Below, one piece after another: positions 20,141 through 29,616 of a stretch of 61,926 nt of DNA (its first letter is position 1; each line of letters starts with the position of its first letter). Origin of the DNA: a virus (lineage: Duplodnaviria; Caudoviricetes). Location of the stretch: positions 1 through 61,926 of IMG/VR virus record IMGVR_UViG_3300021093_000075, one strand, 5' to 3'. A program made the position numbers and the translations under genes. Under the pieces are notes generated by a model that worked only from the letters and a program-made list of their open reading frames with translations, was not told the origin of the DNA and searched no databases.

Positions 20141-20240
20141 GAAAAAGAAAACCACCAAAAAGAAAGCCAAGCCCAGGCCTATTTCATCCGCTGCCGGAGC
20201 CGGTGGCGGTTTTATGACATCCATGGGCGGTAGGGGATGA
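20133..20240 (+). CDS. Small Lys-rich peptide
   Basis: MPKKKKTTKKKAKPRP..., overlaps neighbours at both ends. Confidence 0.5.
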   Translation: MPKKKKTTKKKAKPRPISSAAGAGGGFMTSMGGRG

Positions 20241-20614
20241 CTGGTAAAAAACCAATTCTTCCTGTTGTAAAACCACAGAAGTTTGGTTACAGAGCTAGTG
20301 ATATGTTAAATTCTCCCCAATGGGGAAATCTTAAGGATATAGTAAAAACCGAACGGGAACGTGGTAACGATATCCCAAAAGGGTTTTTGCGACAGTTTAG
20401 AAATCATGAGGCCATATGGGTCACACACAAGCCCGAAGACGCTGCCAGATACGCTCTTTCAGCAGATAATTGGCACAAGCCTATAAGTAGAAAAAAGGCT
20501 TTAAATTTAGTAGAACGCGTAGACGTAGCTGGTGCAGTTCCATACATTGATGACGGAGATGGTGGATACTTGTATGTACGTAAAAGAACGCCAAAGGGTA
20601 GAGGTAAGAAATGA
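20237..20614 (+). CDS. Hypothetical protein, possible ART-like fold
   Basis: AIWVTHKPEDAARYA resembles the ART core strand-helix. Confidence 0.55.
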   Translation: MTGKKPILPVVKPQKFGYRASDMLNSPQWGNLKDIVKTERERGNDIPKGFLRQFRNHEAIWVTHKPEDAARYALSADNWHKPISRKKALNLVERVDVAGAVPYIDDGDGGYLYVRKRTPKGRGKK

Positions 20615-21108
20615 GCCAGCAGACGCAAGCATTTGCTAACTGGAATAACCCCAGCATGCCACCCGACGCTGGGTCGCAACCTCTTCTTGGCCCCGCACCT
20701 GTTTTTCGCAGCGCAAAGGACTACCAACTAGCAGGGTATCGAACCCTGCAAGACACTACGTATCCAGACGGATACTTAGGGACAATGTCGGCCAACCGAC
20801 GACAGGACAAGATCCTTGGCACGTTGAGCCGAATGAATGCTCGACAGTACTCTCGTGGTGTTCACAAAGGTGAACGCATCAACCAAGGTGATTACCTCTG
20901 GCCTCAAGAGTTCAATCTTTACACTGGTCTTCAGTACCAACAGGCTGGTATAAAGTTTGCACCTCCGGGAGCTGAGCCTGTACGCCTAACGAACGATGGC
21001 AAAGTCGGCCCTAAAGGTTTGCCCAGGACCACCGATCAAGAAGTAACTGTCGAAGTCAATGCTGAGCGAAGGGCGCAATTGCAGACTCTGCGCCCAACCT
21101 GGAGATAA
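20611..21108 (+). CDS. Hypothetical (putative virion) protein
   Basis: 165 aa, YPDGYLGT motif, coupled. Confidence 0.7.
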   Translation: MSQQTQAFANWNNPSMPPDAGSQPLLGPAPVFRSAKDYQLAGYRTLQDTTYPDGYLGTMSANRRQDKILGTLSRMNARQYSRGVHKGERINQGDYLWPQEFNLYTGLQYQQAGIKFAPPGAEPVRLTNDGKVGPKGLPRTTDQEVTVEVNAERRAQLQTLRPTWR

Positions 21109-21110
21109 GT

Positions 21111-22052
21111 ATGGCCCGTAAAGGCACAAGCAACTCCTTAAAGCGTTTTGATGTTGCGCCTGAGTATTTGTACCCGGTTAGCCACACAGCAATGACTAGT
21201 GCAGCTAATAATTTAATGCACGTCAAAGGATACAAACAAGATATAAAAGATTCTCAAAACTTTGAAGATGAAGATGCGAGTTGGTGGAGTCGCAGCCATT
21301 ATGCAAATCCCAATCCCGGAGAACCTTGGGATATGACCCCGCATTTTTACGAAGGAACAAGTCTTGATGACAACATGAGACACATTCCTAGTCTTGAAAA
21401 AGAAGCAAATGAGTATATGTCTGGGTTGAGGTTACCGGATGCTTTTGACATAAAAGAGGCAGCAACCGACAATTATTACAACCACTACTACAGAGAAAAA
21501 ACTGGTGGACATCTATCAGGAAAAGATTATTACCCCAAAAGAGTTTTCAGCGGGTCGTACACTGACGAAGTAGCAAGATTTGGGTATGACGAACTAGATT
21601 TTATGACAAAAGATCAACTTCCCAAAAAGGGTGTTAAACGTAAAATAAGGTCAAGAGATGATGCTGATCACAACCCAATGGACACCCTTTCCTGGGATGA
21701 TAACTCCCACCATGTAATTACTGGAAAGTGGCTTACTAAAGGCGTGGGGGCATTACCAGCTAAGGACTGGGAAACTGGTCATTATTACCCTGAATATCGA
21801 GGATTTATACAACACCAATATGACAGGGTTCGAGCAGGTCAGCCTAAAACTACTATTGAAGAATACGTAACTAACCACGTTCCAAACCACGAAGCCCTAC
21901 GACGCAACGTAGAAGAACAGAATGCCCCTAAGTCAAAAAAGAAGCCAAAGCCCAGCCCAACAAAAGTTGAAAAGCCAAAAGCCCCATCAAAACCCTTATC
22001 CAAGAACCAATTTGGCGGTGACTGGGGAGCAGAGCAATTAGAGCTCTTTTAA
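21111..22052 (+). CDS. Hypothetical protein ending in LSKNQF...EQLELF
   Basis: 313 aa, GGAG RBS. Confidence 0.7.
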   Translation: MARKGTSNSLKRFDVAPEYLYPVSHTAMTSAANNLMHVKGYKQDIKDSQNFEDEDASWWSRSHYANPNPGEPWDMTPHFYEGTSLDDNMRHIPSLEKEANEYMSGLRLPDAFDIKEAATDNYYNHYYREKTGGHLSGKDYYPKRVFSGSYTDEVARFGYDELDFMTKDQLPKKGVKRKIRSRDDADHNPMDTLSWDDNSHHVITGKWLTKGVGALPAKDWETGHYYPEYRGFIQHQYDRVRAGQPKTTIEEYVTNHVPNHEALRRNVEEQNAPKSKKKPKPSPTKVEKPKAPSKPLSKNQFGGDWGAEQLELF

Positions 22053-22070
22053 TGATATTCTGGAGGATCT

Positions 22071-23618
22071 ATGGCTGAGAAAAAGAAAGCATCTGCTGCT
22101 GACAAGGTTAAAAACTCGCGTTTGAAGCGGCATATTCGTATGCATGAACGTATTATTGCCGATCCCGGCAAGGTGTTTGGTACGGGCGAGGGCGGACAAG
22201 TACGTAGCATGGTAAGCCCAGGTGGTACAAGATATGAACCAGGTTTAACTGGCGACAAATTAAAAAAGCATCAAGACTTTTTGGCGAAGAATGTTGCAAA
22301 TAGTCAAAAAGAATTGAAGCGGCTTCTTGATCCAAAAACAGAGGAGTCATACAACCTAGAAGATACAGAAGTTAAAGAGCGAAAAGCAAGTGAGCGAAAG
22401 GATCCCACTGTGGCAAAAAAGAAAGATAAATCTTCTGAAATGAAGACTCCAGATACGCCTGCAAACGCACCAGAGGCCAAGGAAGAAAAGAAAACTGACT
22501 CCAAGAAAAAGAAGCCCGCTGCTGAGAAGCAGCCCGCCGCCGAGAAGCAGCCCGCTGCCTCCAAGGAAAAGAGGCCGCGTGGTCGTCCGAAGAAGACCAC
22601 TCCAGCAGTGGATGCTGCCGTTAATAAGGCATCCGAATCAATGGCAAAGAAAGAAGATGCTCCAGCAAAGAAAGAAGACTCCCCATCAACTGGTCCTCGT
22701 AACTTTGGCGCAAAGAAAGAAAAGAGCACCATCTGGGACGATGCAAAGGCCGCAGGTGGCGGTATGTCATACGGAGAAGCTCCTGAAGACACCAAAAAGG
22801 GCGGTACTGGTAAGCCCAAGAACTTTGGCGCAAAGAAAAAGGGTGATGGTGGCTATTGGGACGAAGAGCGTAAAGCTTCAGCCGAACGTGCAAGTCGAGG
22901 CGGCATGGAAATGATGCGTACAGACGAGTGGGATAAAGATACAGGACTCGTTAGCGAGCCTAGTAAATCTCCAGCCAAGGGTCCAGAAGTTACACCTGTT
23001 AACCCCTCAGCCCCAACTGAGGATTCTTCCAAAAAGGGTGGAAGGCTTCGAGGAACACTTGCTAAAGTTGGCAAGTGGCTTGGTGGATCTGAAGTAGACA
23101 TACGAAAGAGAGGAGAGGCACAAGCAGCGGCAGACGCTCCTCCGTCTCCTCCGACTCCACCATCTGGTTCAGGTGGTGGTGCAGTCCCTCCGACTCCTCC
23201 GGCAGGCGGTGGTAAAGGAAGGCTTCGAGGAAAAGGCCTCGAAGACGCTCCAACCTCTCCATCAGACGGTGGTGCTCCAGCGGGTGGCGGTGGTGCCCCA
23301 GCAAGTGGTCGTTCTGGTGCTTTCCAGGGCGGACATTCAGCATTTAACAATGTTGGGGCAGTCCAAGGTGTAAACATTGGCGGAAATAACAGTGGCGATA
23401 TAACCGGTGGCAGTCCGTTTTCTACCAACAACCAGACAATAAATTATGGTGGCGGTGGAGGTGCAGGCGGTGGTTTGCCTTCGACGATCACCAATAGTGG
23501 TCGTGCAGCCGGTGGTGGCAAAGGTGGGGTAATAAGTAACAGCGGTGCTGCTGCTAACCATCCTCGAGCCAAGAATGCCACACGTGGTGGTCGACGCACT
23601 ACCAAAAACAATGGCTAA
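22071..23618 (+). CDS. Large disordered Lys/Gly/Pro-rich protein
   Basis: 515 aa, GGAGG RBS; internal repeats PAAEKQ and P.NFGAKK. Confidence 0.75.
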   Translation: MAEKKKASAADKVKNSRLKRHIRMHERIIADPGKVFGTGEGGQVRSMVSPGGTRYEPGLTGDKLKKHQDFLAKNVANSQKELKRLLDPKTEESYNLEDTEVKERKASERKDPTVAKKKDKSSEMKTPDTPANAPEAKEEKKTDSKKKKPAAEKQPAAEKQPAASKEKRPRGRPKKTTPAVDAAVNKASESMAKKEDAPAKKEDSPSTGPRNFGAKKEKSTIWDDAKAAGGGMSYGEAPEDTKKGGTGKPKNFGAKKKGDGGYWDEERKASAERASRGGMEMMRTDEWDKDTGLVSEPSKSPAKGPEVTPVNPSAPTEDSSKKGGRLRGTLAKVGKWLGGSEVDIRKRGEAQAAADAPPSPPTPPSGSGGGAVPPTPPAGGGKGRLRGKGLEDAPTSPSDGGAPAGGGGAPASGRSGAFQGGHSAFNNVGAVQGVNIGGNNSGDITGGSPFSTNNQTINYGGGGGAGGGLPSTITNSGRAAGGGKGGVISNSGAAANHPRAKNATRGGRRTTKNNG

Positions 23619-23880
23619 AACAGCAGCGTGGCAACGTAAAGAGGGTAAAAATCCCGAAGGTGGCTTGAACGCTAAAGGACGTGCGTCTGCTAAAAAAGAG
23701 GGGCACAACCTCAAGCCGCCCGTGTCACGTGAAGAAGCTTCCAAATCAAAGTCAAAGGCAAAGCGCCGAAAGTCTTTTTGTGCTCGAATGGAGGGCATGA
23801 AAAAGAAAAACACGTCGTCTAAAACCGCACGTGATCCAGATAGCCGTATTAACAAATCATTGAGAAAGTGGGACTGTTAA
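23611..23880 (+). CDS. Small basic phage protein (DUF6321-like)
   Basis: MAKTAAWQRKEGKNPEGGLNAKGRAS...SFCARM...SLRKWDC, a family recognised from aquatic phages. Confidence 0.75.
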   Translation: MAKTAAWQRKEGKNPEGGLNAKGRASAKKEGHNLKPPVSREEASKSKSKAKRRKSFCARMEGMKKKNTSSKTARDPDSRINKSLRKWDC

Positions 23881-24039
23881 ATGTCAAAGAAAAAAGTATG
23901 GGATAAAAAGAATCCCAAGAAAAAGTCAGAGAAGCTTGACCCGTCTGAAAAGGCTGAGGCCAAGGCTCGCGCTAAAAAAGCAGGCCGCCCTTACCCCAAC
24001 CTCGTAGACAACATGGCAGTAGCAAAGAAGAAAAAGTAA
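23881..24039 (+). CDS. Small basic protein (not in ORF track)
   Basis: MSKKKVWDKKNPKKK...AGRPYPNLVDNM, 52 aa. Confidence 0.7.
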   Translation: MSKKKVWDKKNPKKKSEKLDPSEKAEAKARAKKAGRPYPNLVDNMAVAKKKK

Positions 24040-24167
24040 TGGCTAAACAAGGTCCTTGCTGGGATGGCTACGTGCAAAAAGGCATGAAGAAGAAGAACGG
24101 TAAATTAGTTCCTAATTGCGTTCCCGCAGAAAAATCAAAGAAAACTAAGAAAGCTAAGAAAAAGTAA
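24039..24167 (+). CDS. Small basic protein, CWxGY...VPNCV family (not in ORF track)
   Basis: MAKQGPCWDGYVQKGMKKKNGKLVPNCVP, TAATG-coupled on both sides. Confidence 0.7.
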   Translation: MAKQGPCWDGYVQKGMKKKNGKLVPNCVPAEKSKKTKKAKKK

Positions 24168-24487
24168 TGGCTGTCGATAACTACCGATCTCGTCGTCCGT
24201 GGCAATCACGTGAAGAGATGCTGGTAGATATCGCCCTACAATCAGCCATTTCCGATTTAGATACCATCCGACAAACCCGCCCTGTTGTTCCCCAGCAATT
24301 GATGCCCCAGACTCGAGGCTTTGTCAAGAACGAACTGGGGGTGCTTGACATATTGTCAGTGGATAGGTATGCCCCTACTTATAGGTCATGGGTGTCCGGT
24401 GCACCAGTAATGCTCCAGAGGGCACAAATGACCGACGATCAATTCAGTGGTTCGGGCAGATACTCAATGCAAAGCCTATGGGTATAA
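24167..24487 (+). CDS. Hypothetical protein
   Basis: 106 aa, coupled. Confidence 0.65.
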   Translation: MAVDNYRSRRPWQSREEMLVDIALQSAISDLDTIRQTRPVVPQQLMPQTRGFVKNELGVLDILSVDRYAPTYRSWVSGAPVMLQRAQMTDDQFSGSGRYSMQSLWV

Positions 24488-24493
24488 TTAAGT

Positions 24494-25243
24494 ATGACCG
24501 CAAATCGTTTTGGATCTGTAAACACTCAGCCGATTTATAACGTTACTGGTCGTAATCCCAGGGATATGGAGCAGGGCCCTACCGCGCAACCTTTTAAAGC
24601 CCCTGCCGCTGGTGTAGCAAAGAACTTTGACGGAGACCCACGTCAACAGCCCCAGGCCGGATTTATAGGCCAACAAATGCAAAGTGTTTGGAGTCCCCTC
24701 AACCCCCTTCATAATGTTGTTTATGGCGAAGGAGGCCGCTTCGGTGGTGGTCGTCGTAGAGGCGGCGGTGGAGGCGGTGGAGGCGGTGGAGATGGTAGCA
24801 GTGGCAGTGGAAACACGTACAACATCAATTTTTCAGATCAAAAAGGTCATGGTGCATACGAAAATGCCGGAGCAGTCCAAGGTGTAACAATTGCCGGAAA
24901 CAATGAAGGCGATATCACAGGTGGGAACCCATTCTCCACAAACAACCAAAACCTTGCTAGTAGCCCAGCAGCAACCCCTGGGGCAACACCAGCCAAGCCT
25001 GCTCGCACTCGAAAGCCTGCTACTGATGAGCAGAAGGCAAAAAGAAACGAACAAGCTCGTGCTCGCAGGGCTGCTGCCAAGCAGTCCGGGGCTACGCCAA
25101 AGACGCGTACTCCACGAACACCAAAGGGTAAAGCTCCTGCCCAAAATCCGGGACAAAGCCCCGCAACCCAAACATCAAATATGAGTTTTCCTGTTCAACA
25201 AAGCGGAGATGTTACTAACGTAAAAAGCATTAACTTTCCCTGA
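24494..25243 (+). CDS. Gly/Ala/Lys-rich disordered protein
   Basis: 249 aa; shares a 35-aa module with 22071-23618. Confidence 0.7.
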   Translation: MTANRFGSVNTQPIYNVTGRNPRDMEQGPTAQPFKAPAAGVAKNFDGDPRQQPQAGFIGQQMQSVWSPLNPLHNVVYGEGGRFGGGRRRGGGGGGGGGGDGSSGSGNTYNINFSDQKGHGAYENAGAVQGVTIAGNNEGDITGGNPFSTNNQNLASSPAATPGATPAKPARTRKPATDEQKAKRNEQARARRAAAKQSGATPKTRTPRTPKGKAPAQNPGQSPATQTSNMSFPVQQSGDVTNVKSINFP

Positions 25244-25262
25244 TAGGTGGTAAAATAGAGAT

Positions 25263-25478
25263 ATGGCAATCAATAATTCACGTTCAATGAACAAAGATAT
25301 GCGTCAAGGCGCTCTCGATGGGGCGTATAAGAGCCTTACCCCAAGTCGAGGTGGTGACGTGGAACAGGCCTTCGTCAAGAAGCGCATGACTGTTCTTGAG
25401 CAAGGCACATACCCAACAATGCACGGCTTTACTGATCGCAACCCGCTTGCGGAAGTTGCCGAGCCCTACCTACACTGA
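25263..25478 (+). CDS. Hypothetical protein (leaderless)
   Basis: TAAAAT-N6-ATG. Confidence 0.65.
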   Translation: MAINNSRSMNKDMRQGALDGAYKSLTPSRGGDVEQAFVKKRMTVLEQGTYPTMHGFTDRNPLAEVAEPYLH

Positions 25479-25485
25479 GGTCAAC

Positions 25486-25728
25486 ATGGCACGAGGTAAC
25501 GATGAACGACACAATCCTGCACGACGTATTCGTCGTCCAATCATTTCTATGGGTAAGTCCGATACTCCCAATTTCGGCACGGCAATAGGCAAAGGTTTAG
25601 CGCTGGGGCTTACTGGAGCGAGGAGCGCTTCGCAACAAGCGGAGTACGATGAAGACCCAAGTACGTACCTAGTGCAAAAAATTGCTGACTCACTCGACGC
25701 AACGCCGGGAATTAAGCGCATCGAATAG
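25486..25728 (+). CDS. Hypothetical protein with MARGNDERHN N-terminus
   Basis: ATG 25486 after GAGG. Confidence 0.65.
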   Translation: MARGNDERHNPARRIRRPIISMGKSDTPNFGTAIGKGLALGLTGARSASQQAEYDEDPSTYLVQKIADSLDATPGIKRIE

Positions 25729-25731
25729 GTT

Positions 25732-25980
25732 ATGGCACGAGGTAATGACGAACGTCATAACGAAAACCGAAAGGTTGATCGTTCACGCCTGACTTTTATT
25801 CTGGCTACGCACGGCGTGGAGTTGAACCAAACTCCTGTCGACATTATGGACTCTGAGGCAATGGGTCGTATTGCTAAAGAGCAACAGCCGTATCTTGACG
25901 AACTTAGCGAATATCTTGGCGGAGATCCGGCTGACATTGCCGCGTCTGTTTCGGAAGAAGACGAAGAAAACTATAAATAA
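25732..25980 (+). CDS. Hypothetical protein with MARGNDERHN N-terminus
   Basis: 82 aa, first 10 aa identical to the upstream gene. Confidence 0.65.
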   Translation: MARGNDERHNENRKVDRSRLTFILATHGVELNQTPVDIMDSEAMGRIAKEQQPYLDELSEYLGGDPADIAASVSEEDEENYK

Positions 25981-26010
25981 GTACAACTGAATAGTTATTA
26001 GGAGCACAAC

Positions 26011-26511
26011 ATGATGGAGTTGAAAGAACAAGCGCATCGTCTTTTGGTAACGTGGCGTGAAGAGCCAAACGGCAAAAAGACTGGCGCTGTCATGTACAAA
26101 ATGCGCCCCTATGACGGTGCTCCTGAGTACGACATGGAGCTCATTGACATTTTGGAACGTCATAAGGCAAAGAACCCCGACCACGAAAATTGGCGGGCGT
26201 TGATCTTCCGTACCGATAAAGAAACTGCCAGCAAACTCGACGCTGAAACGGCGATCAAGAATGAATTAAAGGCACATGACTTGTACATTCGAGATTTCCG
26301 TGACGAATTAAAGGTTGACGCGTTGCAGTGCTTCAATAGGCATAACCGCCCAAGCACTGGATGCCTGGATTGGTGCGATGAATCAAAAACCATTGGTCGC
26401 AAAATTGGTGTTCCCAAAGAGAAGCGTCAATATCTATGTATGTACTGCCCGGCTGCCGAATGGTACGCCCGTAAGGAGCGAGAAGCGCTGGGTCTCTACG
26501 ACCAGAAGTGA
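26011..26511 (+). CDS. Hypothetical protein with C-terminal Cys cluster
   Basis: AGGAG RBS; C..H...C...YLCMYCP. Confidence 0.7.
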   Translation: MMELKEQAHRLLVTWREEPNGKKTGAVMYKMRPYDGAPEYDMELIDILERHKAKNPDHENWRALIFRTDKETASKLDAETAIKNELKAHDLYIRDFRDELKVDALQCFNRHNRPSTGCLDWCDESKTIGRKIGVPKEKRQYLCMYCPAAEWYARKEREALGLYDQK

Positions 26512-26993
26512 TTATCTTTACGCTTGATGCGCTTGCGTATCCGGTAAAGGACGAACAAACATCATTTGGGGCACGTCAGCCCATTCCCGACACTCGTCGG
26601 CTATGGCACTCGCTGTATCAGCAGTATCACGGCAAAATGATCCTTTTGGTAGCCGGAAAAACCACCAATGAGGTAATGATTGATTGGACAAAAATGGAGG
26701 GGTTCAAGTACGCCAGTATTGATCTCATCCCCAAGACTGAACCAGAGGCCGTTCGGGACAGAGTTAGGGATTTAAACGCAGTTTTTGGCAAAATTGATTG
26801 GTTTGTCGATACCAACCCCAAAACGGTCAAATTGGTCATGGAAGATGCCGTTCCCTGCTTGATGCCCTGTCTGCCGGGGTTTGTTCGCCCTGAGTGGCGC
26901 GATGGAAGAACAAAGGATCGCCCAGTGTGGGATGATTTAGTACGCGAAATAGAAGTGCAATCCCTGTATAGAGCATCGAAAGAGTCACAATGA
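26508..26993 (+). CDS. Hypothetical protein, HAD-like fold
   Basis: IIFTLDAL...WFVDTNP. Confidence 0.55.
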   Translation: MIIFTLDALAYPVKDEQTSFGARQPIPDTRRLWHSLYQQYHGKMILLVAGKTTNEVMIDWTKMEGFKYASIDLIPKTEPEAVRDRVRDLNAVFGKIDWFVDTNPKTVKLVMEDAVPCLMPCLPGFVRPEWRDGRTKDRPVWDDLVREIEVQSLYRASKESQ

Positions 26994-28426
26994 AGATTTA
27001 TTTTTCTAATGCCGAAAAGTCATCTTTTCGCTCCCTTTTGATTGCCTCAAATATCACCAAATTTGCTATCAATTTGACCCATTTTCAAATCCCTAAGAAA
27101 AAGGCTGTCAACCTTGAAGAAATGTTTAAAGGCGGAGAAGTCGTTGTTTATACGTCAGAAAATGACGAAGATGTGGCCCGGTACGATGCCTTTATCCGAG
27201 AGCATATTGACCACATTCACGCTGTAATTGGCAGACCGGATTATGACGGATCGTGGATGAATGATAAATACATTCCAGTCTGGAACGACCCCGAAGACCT
27301 AGAACGCTTGTCATGGCTATGCCAGAAGTATGGTCGGGTAGCCATAAGCGACAAAGCCGTTACAGGCAAGACTGTGACCCGGATCAGAAATGCCATGTCT
27401 CGATGGAACGCCAAGTTGGTGGCTTTGTCATCCAAGCCCGAAACCCTTGAAAACATCGAGTGGGATTCCGCCATTGTTGGATCATGGACTAGCGCGGTTC
27501 GCTACGGGGAAACACAGGTTTGGGATGGTCACGGCTTGCGCCGATACCCCGCCCAGCAAAAGGAATCTTCCCGAAAGAAGCACCGAGGGGACATTATCCG
27601 TCTAGGTATAAACATTCAGGCCATTGACGAAGATGATAATGCCGAGGTGGCACGTCTGGCAATCATGTCTTGGAAGGCTTGGGAGTCGAGGAATTTTGGG
27701 GACTATGACCCCCCGAAAGACGACTCAAACGAGTTTTTGGGTCTATCAGAAATTGAGACAAATAGTAACTATATCGACCAAACACCAACTGCGCCAAAAG
27801 TGGTTTCTACAGGTACAAGTATTGATATATCAATACCTGTACCGCGGCACGAAAAAGACAAAGTATTGCTACCAGTTATGGGCGTTGAATACGTTACCCC
27901 ACAACTTGCAGAAAACTTAATGGAATCAGGGGAAAGTGAACAGCTTGGAATTGAAAAAACACCCACAATTCGGTACGAATCCAATCTTTTGAGGCAGTGT
28001 AATAGTTGCTATTTGAGCTCTCGATGTCCCATATTCAGAGAAAATTCAGAATGCGGTTTTAAACTACCTGTTGAGATCCGTACTAAAGACCAACTACAGT
28101 CTGCCCTCCGGGCAATGCTTGAGATGCAAGTAAGCCGAGTGCTGTTCGCTCGTTTTGCCGAAGAGCTCGAAGGACAAGGTCTTGACCCCAACCTGTCTAC
28201 CGAGGTGGAGAGGGTGTTTTCCCTAGTTGAGAAGTTTAAAGACATTAGCGATAACCGAGACATGGTGCGCTTAGAAGTAGAGGCCAGGGGGTCATCTGGA
28301 GTGCTTTCCCGAATCTTTGGAACACATGTCGGTGAGGCAAGCAAACAACTCCCCAATGGGGGTTTTGATCGAGGCCAGACTGACCGACTGTACACCGACG
28401 TTTTAGATTTGGGAGAGGTTACTTGA
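26990..28426 (+). CDS. Large protein: possible degenerate TGT-like N-domain plus Cys-cluster C-domain
   Basis: WDSAIVGSWTSAVRYG; CNSCYLSSRCP...C. Confidence 0.6.
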   Translation: MKIYFSNAEKSSFRSLLIASNITKFAINLTHFQIPKKKAVNLEEMFKGGEVVVYTSENDEDVARYDAFIREHIDHIHAVIGRPDYDGSWMNDKYIPVWNDPEDLERLSWLCQKYGRVAISDKAVTGKTVTRIRNAMSRWNAKLVALSSKPETLENIEWDSAIVGSWTSAVRYGETQVWDGHGLRRYPAQQKESSRKKHRGDIIRLGINIQAIDEDDNAEVARLAIMSWKAWESRNFGDYDPPKDDSNEFLGLSEIETNSNYIDQTPTAPKVVSTGTSIDISIPVPRHEKDKVLLPVMGVEYVTPQLAENLMESGESEQLGIEKTPTIRYESNLLRQCNSCYLSSRCPIFRENSECGFKLPVEIRTKDQLQSALRAMLEMQVSRVLFARFAEELEGQGLDPNLSTEVERVFSLVEKFKDISDNRDMVRLEVEARGSSGVLSRIFGTHVGEASKQLPNGGFDRGQTDRLYTDVLDLGEVT

Positions 28427-28452
28427 CAAGTTTCGCTGTATAGTGCTAAATT
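28423..28452 (+). promoter_or_regulatory. SigA/sigma70-like promoter
   Basis: TTGACA (28423) - 18 nt - TAAATT with TGn extension. Confidence 0.6.
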
Positions 28453-28484
28453 AGATAGTAGTAACTATCGAAAGCGAGATCGGT

Positions 28485-28742
28485 ATGGCAGTGGACATGG
28501 CAATTGCCTATGAACACTCAGTAATCCGGGATTTACAGCTTTCTTTGGAGTACGCGCATACTGACAAGCGTGAACTCCGAGAAACCGTGAATGCCCTGAT
28601 TTCCAAACTTGCCAACGCAGAAAAGGTCATTAAAGCGGCCAATGGTTACTGTAGGGCAATGGAAGATGAAATCGAAGATCCGTCAGGACACATGGCTTCC
28701 TTACTTCAAGCCCTCAGTGAATGGCATCGTAACAACAAGTAA
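28485..28742 (+). CDS. Coiled-coil hypothetical protein
   Basis: 85 aa, downstream of the promoter. Confidence 0.6.
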   Translation: MAVDMAIAYEHSVIRDLQLSLEYAHTDKRELRETVNALISKLANAEKVIKAANGYCRAMEDEIEDPSGHMASLLQALSEWHRNNK

Positions 28743-28775
28743 TTTTTCTCAAGTTCAACACAATAAGGATTTGCA

Positions 28776-29141
28776 ATGGCAATAGGTGACGACATTCGTG
28801 GCAACGCCTTTATCTTTGAATACAACAAGAACCCAAATTTCAGTGATGGCTCAGAAGTTGTTGTTGAAGCGTTCAAGCTTATCAATGGAAAACGTCAAGC
28901 TGACTACAGTCATCCGTTGAACGATTACACCAAAGTACGAGATCTTTTTGAAGCCACTACTGGGATTTCTCTTACCGTAGAACAAGCCATCTTGTTCATG
29001 GTGTGCGTAAAGTTGGCTCGACTCCGTACCAATTTAGAAAAAGACGTTCTACACCATGATTCACTTGTTGATGCCATCGGGTATTTAGGTTGTCTATCAA
29101 TGGCAATACATAAGAAAATGGAACAAAATGGAAACTCCTGA
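28776..29141 (+). CDS. DUF6378-like protein
   Basis: LING.RQADY.HP...VKLAR...DSLVDAIGY. Confidence 0.7.
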   Translation: MAIGDDIRGNAFIFEYNKNPNFSDGSEVVVEAFKLINGKRQADYSHPLNDYTKVRDLFEATTGISLTVEQAILFMVCVKLARLRTNLEKDVLHHDSLVDAIGYLGCLSMAIHKKMEQNGNS

Positions 29142-29550
29142 TTGGGTACTCGAAGCCAAGTGTCGAAGACTTAATGGAGACTTTTGGTTTCCACCCGAGG
29201 ATGTTGAAGATCAACAACCCTACTATGACATTGCTCGAGCCGTTTGCGCGTCATGTCCGGTATGGAAGCAGTGTCTTGAATCTGGAAAAAAAGAGATCTG
29301 GGGTATGTGGGGTGGGCTAACTCCAAAAGAACGCATTCCGTTTAAATCTCCACAAAAAATAAAACATTTGGCTGAAACAGAAACATTTGTTCGCTTTCGA
29401 CAAGGTTCTACCAATAAAAAGTGCGCACAAGCCCACAAAGAGGCGTGTGACACACCATACGATCTCAGTTTTGTTCCCGGTTTAGGGCAAAGCTACAAAG
29501 TTAAAAAAGTTCATTTTGCGTTGTTCAACTCCCTTGGTACGGTAAAATAG
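29128..29550 (+). CDS. whiB: WhiB-family transcription factor
   Basis: W...AKC, CASCPV..QC, WGMWGG.TPKER. Confidence 0.9.
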   Translation: METPDWVLEAKCRRLNGDFWFPPEDVEDQQPYYDIARAVCASCPVWKQCLESGKKEIWGMWGGLTPKERIPFKSPQKIKHLAETETFVRFRQGSTNKKCAQAHKEACDTPYDLSFVPGLGQSYKVKKVHFALFNSLGTVK

Positions 29551-29616
29551 ATACAGGCTCAACACAGCGTCTTGCTTTGTTCGAGCCATTTTTATTAACC
29601 AAACAAAGGAGACAGA

